A DNA stretch of 64,000 bases from an uncultured Prevotellaceae bacterium. Its GTDB lineage: Bacteria; Bacteroidota; Bacteroidia; Bacteroidales; Bacteroidaceae. The notes under the pieces are model-generated. The model made no database searches. It was not told the origin of the DNA and saw only the letters and a list, made by a program, of their open reading frames with translations. Shown piece by piece: positions 54,854 to 63,848 of the stretch. Made by a program: the position numbers and the translations under genes. Every line of letters begins with the position of its first letter. Position 1 is the first letter of the stretch. The DNA lies in contig CAMVDU010000001.1 in NCBI GenBank assembly GCA_947166345.1, forward strand, positions 11,260-75,259. Reading direction: 5' to 3'.

Positions 54854-57121
54854 ATGGCAGCAATTGGTAAAATCAGAAGCTGGGGACCTTGGCTTGTAGG
54901 TATCATAGCCTTGGCCCTGTTTGGATTCATTGCCGGCGATATGTGGCGCTCTTGTGAGACAACGAGCAACATGAATCGCCAGCAGGCAGGTGAGGTTCTG
55001 GGAGAAAAACTCAATATCCAGGACTATAACACAATGGTTGATACCTATCAGGAGAGTTCTAAGCTTATCAAGGAGATTATGGAACTCCAGCAAGCCCCCG
55101 TCGCTAAGTACATCGTTGAAAATCTGAGCAACGAGGATCTTGATGGCTTGCGTGATATGGTTTGGGAGTATTATGTACAGGGTATTGTCATCGGTGAAGA
55201 GGCAGAAAAGCTGGGTCTTATGGTTACTGACAAGGAACTGGCCGATGTTCTTCAGAAGGGAACCAATCCCGTGCTAAACACATACATGCTTCAATACCGT
55301 TATCTTAACCCGCAGACGAATCGCGTAGAATCTGCACCTGTATTCGCCGACCAGACTGGTCGTTTTGACTATCAGCAGGTGAAGCAGCTTTCTGATGCTT
55401 TGAAGAAGGAGGGCGAGAAGAACGCTCAGATTAAAGACCTCGCTGTTCGTTTTGATAAGTATTGGCAGGCTGTAGAAACTGAGTTGAAGCAGCAGCTGCT
55501 CACTCAAAAGTATTATTCTCTGCTCTCTGCTTGTATGCAGTCTAACACCGTTTCGGCTAAGGCTGCCTTCGATGGCACTCAGACGCAGAGCCGTGTGGCT
55601 TTGGCTTTCTATCCTTACGCTGCTGTTAACGACAACGACGTGAAGGTGTCTGACGCTGACTTGAAGAAGAAGTACGAAGAGGAGAAGGATAACTTCCAGA
55701 TCTTTACTGAGATGCGTGATGTGAAGTACGTTACTTATCAAGTAGTGCCTTCTCAGGCCGATAAGGACCGTATGACTGCTGCAATCAACGTTGCTGCAGA
55801 GCAGTTGAAGAAGGATACTCTGAAGGTAGAAGATATCGTTCGTCGTAACCAGTCGCTGGTGAACTACAACGGTATGCCTGTCACCGCTACGACGCTTGAG
55901 AATCTGATGCAGGGCTTTGGTGCTGTTGTTGATTCTTTGGAGATTGGCGAGGTGAGCCCCGTGTTCGAAACTGTTATCAATAAGAAGCGTGATCGCGAGG
56001 AGCGTGTCAAGACTGCTTATGCTGTAGTGAAGTTGATGGATGCTCCCGTTGTTGTTGACTCTGTGGAGATTCGTGCTATTGCTTTACCCGAACAGACTGC
56101 TGACAGCGTTCTGCAGGTGATACGTGGTGGTCAGGATATGGATTCTGTATCAATGAGTCTTTATAACCGTCCTACTCAAAAGGAATGGCTGACGATGGAT
56201 GCTATGTTTGGACAGCAGATGACTGCCGACTTCAAGGCCTATTGGGACGAGATGATGTCGCTGCGCAGTGGTGATCTGAAGATCATCGCACATCCTCAGA
56301 ATCCCGAGGCTCGTCTTGTTGTGGAGTGCACTGACTCTAAGTCTGCTAAAAAGCTCTACGATGTTGCTATCATCATCCGCGAGCTGGATGCTTCTAACGA
56401 GACCTATAACAACGAGTACAACCGTTTCAGCCGTTTCGTAGCTAATAACCAGTCAGCTGACAAGCTCGAGAAGAATGCGGCTGCCAATAACTATACGGTT
56501 GCAAACGCAAGCGGATTGACTACTGCTTCGAATAACATTGCTGGTATCTCCGGTACTCATCCCGCTGTCAAGTGGGCATTCGAGACCGCTAAGGAGGGAC
56601 AGGTGTCTCAGGCATTCGAGCGTTGCGGCAATAACGATGTGTTCGTGGCAGTGGCACTGAAGAAGGTTCATCCCGTTGGCACTCTCGACTTCGAGTCTGT
56701 CAAAGAACAGTTGCGTGCCGAAGTACTCCTCGACAAGAAGTATGAATTGATTACCAAACGCCTCAGTGGTGTTCGCAGCGTAGCTGATGCACAGGCCAAG
56801 GATCAGGCTGTTCAGTTGGATACTGTTCCTGGTATCAAGTTCACTGAGCCAGCAACCCTTCCCAACTTTGGTGCTTATGAGCCAGCTCTCAGTGGTGCTG
56901 TAGCAGCTACTGCCGATGGCGCTTTCTGCAAGAAACCTGTCAAGGGTAATGCTGGCGTCTACGTGTTCCAGGTGATGGAGCGTACGGTGGCTCCTGGTGA
57001 GTTTAACGATGCTGTCCAGCAGAGAATGCAGCGTTCTATGACGCGTCGTTTGGCAGGTCTCGCTTACGGGGAACTGCGCAACAAAGCAAATGTTATTGAC
57101 AATCGTTATCTATTCAGATAA
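54854..57121 (+). CDS. PpiD/SurA N-terminal-domain periplasmic chaperone
   Basis: MAAIGKIRS plus TM anchor, AEKLGL.VTD.E, terminal IDNRYLF; -7 box at 54794-54801. Confidence 0.8.
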   Translation: MAAIGKIRSWGPWLVGIIALALFGFIAGDMWRSCETTSNMNRQQAGEVLGEKLNIQDYNTMVDTYQESSKLIKEIMELQQAPVAKYIVENLSNEDLDGLRDMVWEYYVQGIVIGEEAEKLGLMVTDKELADVLQKGTNPVLNTYMLQYRYLNPQTNRVESAPVFADQTGRFDYQQVKQLSDALKKEGEKNAQIKDLAVRFDKYWQAVETELKQQLLTQKYYSLLSACMQSNTVSAKAAFDGTQTQSRVALAFYPYAAVNDNDVKVSDADLKKKYEEEKDNFQIFTEMRDVKYVTYQVVPSQADKDRMTAAINVAAEQLKKDTLKVEDIVRRNQSLVNYNGMPVTATTLENLMQGFGAVVDSLEIGEVSPVFETVINKKRDREERVKTAYAVVKLMDAPVVVDSVEIRAIALPEQTADSVLQVIRGGQDMDSVSMSLYNRPTQKEWLTMDAMFGQQMTADFKAYWDEMMSLRSGDLKIIAHPQNPEARLVVECTDSKSAKKLYDVAIIIRELDASNETYNNEYNRFSRFVANNQSADKLEKNAAANNYTVANASGLTTASNNIAGISGTHPAVKWAFETAKEGQVSQAFERCGNNDVFVAVALKKVHPVGTLDFESVKEQLRAEVLLDKKYELITKRLSGVRSVADAQAKDQAVQLDTVPGIKFTEPATLPNFGAYEPALSGAVAATADGAFCKKPVKGNAGVYVFQVMERTVAPGEFNDAVQQRMQRSMTRRLAGLAYGELRNKANVIDNRYLFR

Positions 57122-57143
57122 ACAATACGAAGACGCTACACTC

Positions 57144-57187
57144 ATCCCCCGTTCATTCTTCATCAGATTGAGTGGGGGATTTTTTTA
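57144..57187 (+). terminator. Possible intrinsic terminator
   Basis: atccccc...gggggat followed by a T-run. Confidence 0.5.
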
Positions 57188-57208
57188 ACGGATAAAAAGA
57201 ACAAGAAG

Positions 57209-58339
57209 ATGACGCTATATCCAAAAATGATTATGGATGCCCTTGCTACGGTGACGTATGCGGGTACCAAGAAGAACCTTGTGGAGAGTGGGATGGTGGC
57301 TGATACACCGTCCATCAACGGCATGAAAGTAAAGGTTGTCCTGCTTTTCCCTCGTGATACCGACCCGTTTCTGAAATCGACAGTCAAAGCAGCTGAGGCA
57401 GCTATCAAGTACCACTACCAGCAACTGGCGGCCAATAGCGAAAAACCAACAGCTGATATCGAGGTGGAGATTGAGACAGAGTTTAAGTCGAAACCCCGTC
57501 CTGAGATAGAGAAATTGTTGCCAGGCGTGAAGAACATCATTGCTGTCAGTTCAGGTAAGGGTGGGGTTGGTAAGTCAACCGTATCGGCTAATCTCGCTAT
57601 CTCGCTGGCTCGACTGGGCTATAAGGTGGGTTTGCTCGATACCGATATCTTCGGCCCTTCGATGCCAAAGATGTTCAATTGCGAGGATGCCCGTCCCTAT
57701 GCTGTCAATATTGATGGACGCGATCTCATAGAGCCCATCGAACAGTATGGCGTGAAGCTTCTCTCAATAGGTTTCTTCGTTAATCCCGATACTGCTACCC
57801 TTTGGCGTGGTGGTATGGCAACGAATGCCTTGAAGCAACTTATTGCTGATGCTAACTGGGGCGAACTGGACTATTTCATCCTCGATACCCCTCCTGGAAC
57901 CAGCGATATTCATCTGACACTCCTTCAGACACTCAGTATCACGGGTGCTGTTATCGTTTCCACGCCACAGCAGGTGGCCTTAGCCGATGCCCGCAAAGGT
58001 ATCGACATGTATCGCAATGACAAAGTCAACGTGCCCATCCTTGGATTGGTGGAGAATATGGCTTGGTTCACACCAGCCGAACTTCCTGAGAATAAATACT
58101 ATATCTTTGGAAAGGAAGGCTGTAAGCAGCTGGCCGAGGAGATGGGTTTGCCGCTGTTGGCTCAGATTCCGCTGGTTCAGAGTATCTGCGAGAGTGGAGA
58201 TGCTGGTGCACCTGCAGCCACTAAGGTTGACACGATGACAGGACAGGCTTTCCTGAATCTGGCGCAGGCTGTGGTTACTGTCGTGAACCGTCGTAACAAA
58301 GAACTGCCTAAGACGAAGATTGTCGGTATGAAATCTTAG
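57209..58339 (+). CDS. mrp: Mrp/NBP35 (ApbC) Fe-S carrier ATPase
   Basis: SGKGGVGKST, D.DIFGPS, WRG, DTPPGTSD, ENM. Confidence 0.93.
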   Translation: MTLYPKMIMDALATVTYAGTKKNLVESGMVADTPSINGMKVKVVLLFPRDTDPFLKSTVKAAEAAIKYHYQQLAANSEKPTADIEVEIETEFKSKPRPEIEKLLPGVKNIIAVSSGKGGVGKSTVSANLAISLARLGYKVGLLDTDIFGPSMPKMFNCEDARPYAVNIDGRDLIEPIEQYGVKLLSIGFFVNPDTATLWRGGMATNALKQLIADANWGELDYFILDTPPGTSDIHLTLLQTLSITGAVIVSTPQQVALADARKGIDMYRNDKVNVPILGLVENMAWFTPAELPENKYYIFGKEGCKQLAEEMGLPLLAQIPLVQSICESGDAGAPAATKVDTMTGQAFLNLAQAVVTVVNRRNKELPKTKIVGMKS

Positions 58340-59310
58340 ACGAGAAACGATCCGACAACAAAGACAGTTGCTGTCAGCAACAACATAAGAACTTCAGCCG
58401 TACGATTCACCCGTACGGCTTTTTTCATGTCGTCTGTAGTCAACTGACGTGGATTGGTGCCGATGAACGGTTTGTCGAAGAGTTGTCCAAAGTATTCGTG
58501 AGGACCACCGAACCTGCAATCAAGGATACCAGCCAGCGATGCCTCTGGATAGCCACTGTTGGGACTGGCGTGATTCCGTCCGTTAGCACGGACGAAATGG
58601 AAGATGGACGATTGATGATTGGCAATGGCATGAGGCAGAATCATCAGCAGTGCAGTCAGTCGGGCAGGAATATAGTTGAAGACATCATCCTGACGGGCAG
58701 CCACGCAGCCGAAGTCACGGTAACGCTCTGTGCGATAGCCTAGCATCGAGTCGAGTGTGTTCACCATCTTATAGGCCAGCATGCCGGCAGGCCCTAAGAG
58801 CAACAGCCAGAAGAGTGGGGCGATGACACCGTCGCTCAGGTTCTCGGCCAACGTCTCCAACGCAGCTGTGCGCACCTCTTGTGCCGACAGCGCTTTGGTG
58901 TCGCGTCCCACGATGCGAGCCACCTGCTGGCGTCCTTCTTCCAGTGAACGATCCAGGGCCACAAAAACATCCCTGACCTCGTGTATCAGTGTCGTTCCTG
59001 CCAGACAGTAGAAGATGATAATGCTGGAGAGGAGAACGTAGAGTATGACGTTGACAGATGCAAGGAGGCGCAGTATGAAAAATGTCAAAAAGAATACTAA
59101 TAGGACCAGACCAATAGCCAGGATGCCGCCTTTCAGTTTTCGGTGCTTGCCGTGATTGAGTCGTTTTTCGCCCCATGCAATCATCTTTCCGAAATACACA
59201 ACAGGATGGGGCAGCCATGAGGGGTCGCCCAACAGCAGGTCGAGGAGCCAGCCTGCCAACAAAGCAATAGGCAGGGCATAGGCTGATATGTCAAAGAGAT
59301 ATTCCAACAT
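58336..59310 (-). CDS. cbiB: Adenosylcobinamide-phosphate synthase
   Basis: GDP...HPV, IVGRDT, ENLSDG.IAP, NTLDSM.GY, SPNSG.PEA. Confidence 0.93.
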   Translation of the reverse strand: MLEYLFDISAYALPIALLAGWLLDLLLGDPSWLPHPVVYFGKMIAWGEKRLNHGKHRKLKGGILAIGLVLLVFFLTFFILRLLASVNVILYVLLSSIIIFYCLAGTTLIHEVRDVFVALDRSLEEGRQQVARIVGRDTKALSAQEVRTAALETLAENLSDGVIAPLFWLLLLGPAGMLAYKMVNTLDSMLGYRTERYRDFGCVAARQDDVFNYIPARLTALLMILPHAIANHQSSIFHFVRANGRNHASPNSGYPEASLAGILDCRFGGPHEYFGQLFDKPFIGTNPRQLTTDDMKKAVRVNRTAEVLMLLLTATVFVVGSFLV

Positions 59311-60262
59311 AATGACTGACAGCATCTATTAAAGCATCGTTCTCTTCAGGCAGTTGTGCCGCTATGCGGAAGAAATGGTTGTTCAGCCCTTTATAGTTTG
59401 AGGCATCGCGTATCAGCATACCATACTCACGTGCTAAGTGGTCCTTCAGCTCTGTTGCCGTATGTCGTTCAATGCTGCAAAGCATATAGTTCGTGTCAGT
59501 AGGTAGCACAGAGACGCCCTCAATCTCATTCATCTTGCGATACAGGCGTTGGGCCTCATTCAAATCAGGCTTCACCATCAGTTCGTCGTGTTTTAGGAGG
59601 AATAGTGCTGCCTCAATAGCCAGTGCGTTGACCGACCAGGGTTTCAGGAACTTCCGCAGTTGACTGATATGAGGGGGTGCTGCCGTGATATACCCCAGTC
59701 GCAAGCCGGGTACGGCATACGTCTTGGTCATAGAATGCAGCTGCATGATATTCCCCTCGTTGATGGCCTCCTTTGGCGACATCATCTTTTGGCTGGTGCA
59801 GTTCTCGTATGCCTGGTCGATGATGAGTATCTCGTAGCCTCCTGACTGCTGACGGATCTGGTCCAGCGTGCGTGTCTCACCTGTAGGGTTGTTCGGATTG
59901 CAAACCCATGTCAGGTGTCCGCTGCCCTGTTGCATTCCATACATCCTGCAAGCATCCTCGTATTCGCTGAATGTGGGGTGCAGGATGTTGTAGGGTAGGG
60001 CGGCATAGGCCTGAGCGATGAGATAGATGGCATCTGTCGTTCCATTGGTGACGAGGACGCAGTCTTCCTCGATGCCATACTTCCTGGCAATAGCTCGTTC
60101 CAGCGTCCAAGGCTCAGGCTCGGGGTAGTTGGCAATGGTGTCAAAATGCGCCATCAGATGCTTCTTCAGTGCCGAGTGGTCAGCATGCTGACAGATATTC
60201 GAACTGAAATTGATTCGAATATCCTGATAGTCGTATATGTCGTCACCGTGTCCGAAAAGCAT
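59291..60262 (-). CDS. cobD: Threonine-phosphate decarboxylase (PLP class I/II)
   Basis: GHG.D, CNPNNPTG, SMTKTYAVPGLRLGY; located in a cob operon. Confidence 0.85.
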   Translation of the reverse strand: MLFGHGDDIYDYQDIRINFSSNICQHADHSALKKHLMAHFDTIANYPEPEPWTLERAIARKYGIEEDCVLVTNGTTDAIYLIAQAYAALPYNILHPTFSEYEDACRMYGMQQGSGHLTWVCNPNNPTGETRTLDQIRQQSGGYEILIIDQAYENCTSQKMMSPKEAINEGNIMQLHSMTKTYAVPGLRLGYITAAPPHISQLRKFLKPWSVNALAIEAALFLLKHDELMVKPDLNEAQRLYRKMNEIEGVSVLPTDTNYMLCSIERHTATELKDHLAREYGMLIRDASNYKGLNNHFFRIAAQLPEENDALIDAVSHYVGISL

Positions 60263-60266
60263 TATA

Positions 60267-60336
60267 GATTAAACATTAAAGATTAAATAATAAATATCAA
60301 TTCTCAATTCTCAACTCTCAATTCTCAATTCTCAAG
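60267..60336. repeat. 7-bp tandem array x10 (gattaaa drifting to tctcaat) that includes the cobQ stop
   Basis: Unbroken 7-nt register; cobQ TGA at 60325-60327. Confidence 0.9.
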
Positions 60337-61857
60337 AATACTATACAGTTTAGCAATATCAACGTGTTGTCTGACGTGGTCTGCCAACAGGTCGTATTGC
60401 CGTTCCTTGAACGCCTGATAGTCGAACGGCTCTTTTCCTTCTGCCATCTTGTCGGCAAAGGGTGTCAACAGACTATCTACTATCTGAGGGTTGTCCAAAA
60501 CACCGTGGATATAGGTGCCCATACAGCGCTCATTCACCCAATAACCATCCTCGTGTCCATCATCCAGAATGGCAAAAGGCTGTTGGGGGGCATTGCCGAA
60601 AGGCTCTGTGCGTCCCATGTGTATCTCGTAGCCTTTGCCAGTTACCCCTTCACCCAAGGAAGAAGCCCTGAACGCAACCTGACGTGTGCGCTTCTCGCCG
60701 CTCATCGAGGTTGTGACTGGCAGCAGTCCCAGTCCTGGCAGACGTTCTGTCTCTCCCTCCACATGATGAGGGTCACACACCTCGATGCCCATCATCTGGT
60801 ATCCTCCACAGATGCCAAGCACCGTTACCCCCTGTCGATGCGCCTTGATGATAGCCTGTGCCACACCGTTGCGCCTTAGCTCGTACAGATCGTCGATGGT
60901 CGATTTTGATCCAGGTAGTATGATGATGTCGGCCTTGCCAATCTCTTCCACATTGTTCGTATAATACAAATGTACGCGCGCGTCGTGTTCCAAAGCATCG
61001 AAGTCGGTGTAGTTGGACAGATGGCGCAGCATGATGACAGCCACATTGACGCGTCCACGTTCCGCACGCTTAGCTTTCTGGGTCAAAGAGACGCTGTCCT
61101 CCTCCTCAATATGGATGTCTTTGAAGTAGGGAACGACCCCCAGTACAGGTACACCACAGATGTCCTCCAGCATCTTCCGTCCTTCGTCGAATAGTCGCAG
61201 GTCGCCGCGGAACTTATTGATAATGATGCCTTTAATGAGCTTACGGTCCTCCTCTGTCTGAAGGGCAATGCTCCCATAGACCGAGGCAAAGACGCCGCCT
61301 CTGTCAATATCACCCACAAGGATGACGTCGGCACCCGCATGACGTGCCATCGGCAGGTTCACCAAATCGTGGTTGCGCAGGTTTATCTCTGAGATACTGC
61401 CTGCACCCTCCATCACAATGGGATTATAGCGGGCAGCCAGTCGGTCGAAAGCATCGCACACCTCTTTCCTGAAGTCCAGATGACTTTGGGTGCTGGGCAT
61501 GTCCTGATGATCTCTGTCTCTCCAGAAGTCGTACGCATCACGATTGCCGATAGGCTTGCCGTTGAGCACCACCTGCGAGGTGTGGTCGCTCTGCGGTTTC
61601 AACAGCAGCGGGTTCATGTCGGTATGACAGGGAATGCCCGCAGCCTCGGCCTGTACAGCCTGTGCCCGTCCAATCTCCAGTCCTTCGGGTGTGGCATACG
61701 AGTTGAGTGCCATGTTCTGTGCCTTGAAGGGTGCAGGATGGTAGCCGTCCTGCAGGAAGATGCGACAGAGTGCTGTTGCCAGCACGCTCTTGCCGACATC
61801 GCTGCCCGTTCCGGCTAACATGAGAGGATGAAGTATTTTTTTGTTTTCTATTACCAT
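60325..61857 (-). CDS. cobQ: Cobyric acid synthase
   Basis: GTGSDVGKS, PFKAQNMALNS, EGAGS, DIDRGG, GICGGYQM, GTYIHG. Confidence 0.95.
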   Translation of the reverse strand: MVIENKKILHPLMLAGTGSDVGKSVLATALCRIFLQDGYHPAPFKAQNMALNSYATPEGLEIGRAQAVQAEAAGIPCHTDMNPLLLKPQSDHTSQVVLNGKPIGNRDAYDFWRDRDHQDMPSTQSHLDFRKEVCDAFDRLAARYNPIVMEGAGSISEINLRNHDLVNLPMARHAGADVILVGDIDRGGVFASVYGSIALQTEEDRKLIKGIIINKFRGDLRLFDEGRKMLEDICGVPVLGVVPYFKDIHIEEEDSVSLTQKAKRAERGRVNVAVIMLRHLSNYTDFDALEHDARVHLYYTNNVEEIGKADIIILPGSKSTIDDLYELRRNGVAQAIIKAHRQGVTVLGICGGYQMMGIEVCDPHHVEGETERLPGLGLLPVTTSMSGEKRTRQVAFRASSLGEGVTGKGYEIHMGRTEPFGNAPQQPFAILDDGHEDGYWVNERCMGTYIHGVLDNPQIVDSLLTPFADKMAEGKEPFDYQAFKERQYDLLADHVRQHVDIAKLYSILEN

Positions 61858-61958
61858 AAAACTATTGTCCGATAACTCCACAGGCTGAAAGCCTGTTCGC
61901 TCGAGCTTTGCTCGCTTTTACAAAGCGTAGCGACTAAAAGAACTCCCAATAACTCCCA

Positions 61959-62417
61959 TTAATTAATGCTCATTGCGAACAAGTAATCGCTCAGGCGGTT
62001 CATCATGCGCAGGATGCTCGGATCAAGGGGATGCGAGCGGTGTAGCGTCCACAGCCTGCGTTCTACGGTGCGTGCCTGGGCACGTGTCACGTGGACGATG
62101 CCCTTCGGAACGACAAACCCTGTTGCTCCGTTGTCCCTCACCTGATCTATGGCGGCTTCCATGCGTGCTGTCAGCTCGTCACAGTGTAGCTGTCGCAGAT
62201 TCGCCTGCCCGTCGGGTGTGGCAATGTGGCTCATCACTACCATCAGCTCCCTCTGCACGTCGTCAATGAGGGCATCCTCAGGCAGCAGTCCCAGTAGCGA
62301 GTTCAGCATGTCCAGCTGCCCGTTCACCTCTATGCGCAGGTCGTCTTTGGGCACTCTGACACCTCCGCGCAGGCTCGTCTCGCCGCCATCTCCGGTTTTA
62401 GTGTAAATCTGTTTCAT
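61959..62417 (-). CDS. PduO-type ATP:cob(I)alamin adenosyltransferase
   Basis: IYTKTGDGGET, R...R.VER, NRLSDYLF. Confidence 0.88.
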   Translation of the reverse strand: MKQIYTKTGDGGETSLRGGVRVPKDDLRIEVNGQLDMLNSLLGLLPEDALIDDVQRELMVVMSHIATPDGQANLRQLHCDELTARMEAAIDQVRDNGATGFVVPKGIVHVTRAQARTVERRLWTLHRSHPLDPSILRMMNRLSDYLFAMSIN

Positions 62418-62973
62418 AATAGGGATACAAATGGGTATAGCTGGCTAATACATTCTTATATTTGAACACAGGCGTGCTGACGGGCTCGCCCTTGGCGTTA
62501 TAGACCTGACACACAGAAGCGGGTACCTCTCCCAGGAACTGCGTATAGTGGAACTCGTGTCCGCGATACTCCCTTCCGTCAAGTACGAAACGACGGTAGC
62601 CCAGTGACAGCTTACGGTCAGTCTGTCGCGCCGTGATGGAGTAGGGCAGCACGCCACACATCGGGAAACGGCCCTCGTCGGTGACTATCTCCTTGCACAG
62701 ATACATCATACCGCCGCATTCTGCCTGAATCTTCCCGCCTCGTTCGGCATAGTCCCTGATAGCCTGCCGACAGGCCTCGTTGCCAACGAGTGCCTCCAGA
62801 TGCTTTTCGGGGTAGCCGCCAGGCAGATAGAGCAGCCCCACACCTTCAAATGCGGGCACCTCCGTCTCGGGGTCGAAGAAGCGTACCTCTCCGAAACCGT
62901 CTATCGTCTCTTGGTATAGGAACGAGAACGACTCGTCGTTGCGTGCAATCAGAGTTGTAAGAGTGCTTCCCAT
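62398..62973 (-). CDS. cbiA: Cobyrinate a,c-diamide synthase, glutaminase (C-terminal) half
   Basis: ARNDESFSFLY, LPGGYPE, AECGGMMYL, GHEFHY, ASYTHLY; in-frame ATG at 62973. Confidence 0.8.
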   Translation of the reverse strand: MGSTLTTLIARNDESFSFLYQETIDGFGEVRFFDPETEVPAFEGVGLLYLPGGYPEKHLEALVGNEACRQAIRDYAERGGKIQAECGGMMYLCKEIVTDEGRFPMCGVLPYSITARQTDRKLSLGYRRFVLDGREYRGHEFHYTQFLGEVPASVCQVYNAKGEPVSTPVFKYKNVLASYTHLYPYYETDLH

Positions 62974-63602
62974 CTCACGTTGTTTTCTATGAGTGAAACC
63001 AATTGCCTGTGCTCGGGCTGTTGACTGAAGTCCAGTCCCAGATACCTCGACTGCTGTTCCAGCGCCTTGCTCTTGGGAAGATAGCCGAAACAAGCCAGTC
63101 GCAGGTCGTCGCACACCTCCTTCAGCATGTCGTAATGGCGTGCCGACCCCACCTGGTTGAAGATGACGCCGGCTATGCGCACATCAGGACTGAAATGCAT
63201 GAAACCCTGAAGCAGCGGTGCCATCGAGTAGGCCGCACTGCGGGCGTTGACCACCAGCACCACTGGCAGCTGCAGCACCTTTGCAATCTCGGCAGATGAG
63301 CCGCGGTCGCGGTCATAGCCGTCAAACAGACCCATCATGCCCTCCACCACGCAGATGTCGGCATCTTCGCCATAGTGTGCATAGAGCTGTCTGACGTGCT
63401 CAGGCGTTGCCATGAACGTGTCGAGGTTGATGGAGGGTCGGCCGCATACCGCCTCGTGGAATTTCGTGTCAATGTAGTCGGGACCGCACTTAAACGGCTG
63501 CACCCTATAGCCTTTGGCGCTAAAGAGCGCCATCAGTCCACGGGCAATGGTTGTCTTGCCCGATCCACTCATGGGTGCCGCTATCAGGAATTCAGCTTTC
63601 AT
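62949..63602 (-). CDS. cbiA: Cobyrinate a,c-diamide synthase, ATPase (N-terminal) half
   Basis: SGSGKTT, PFKCGPDYID, VEGMMGLFDG, GVIFN.VGS..H, SRYLGL; stops after WEALLQL. Confidence 0.85.
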   Translation of the reverse strand: MKAEFLIAAPMSGSGKTTIARGLMALFSAKGYRVQPFKCGPDYIDTKFHEAVCGRPSINLDTFMATPEHVRQLYAHYGEDADICVVEGMMGLFDGYDRDRGSSAEIAKVLQLPVVLVVNARSAAYSMAPLLQGFMHFSPDVRIAGVIFNQVGSARHYDMLKEVCDDLRLACFGYLPKSKALEQQSRYLGLDFSQQPEHRQLVSLIENNVRWEALLQL

Positions 63603-63608
63603 ACAGTG

Positions 63609-63722
63609 CAAAGGTACGAATAAGCGAGCAAAAAACCAAAAGAATTTTGAGTTTTTTCGAGCGAGAGTACCTTCGACGTCAGTCAAAGGTATGAAGGTAC
63701 CCTTGACATCGGTCAAAGGTAC
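63609..63722. mobile_element. Small promoter-carrying element, second copy, with doubled terminal hairpin
   Basis: Similar to 11447-11540; three caaaggta boxes at 63609, 63684 and 63714. Confidence 0.6.
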
Positions 63723-63787
63723 AATTAATTTTGTGAACGACAAAAGAAAAATATCTATTTTTGTTTCCCTGTTTCAACTTTTATTAG

Positions 63788-63795
63788 TACCTTTG
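63788..63795 (+). promoter_or_regulatory. -7 box for fba
   Basis: TACCTTTG. Confidence 0.65.
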
Positions 63796-63848
63796 CGGTC
63801 GTAAACTCAATAAATGGTAATTTGTATATTTATAAATTCTAAATTGTT

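Noticed and set aside
63603-63790. Cobalamin riboswitch ahead of the cob operon
   Set aside because: No B12-box-like motifs seen; the region is accounted for by promoters and the miniature element
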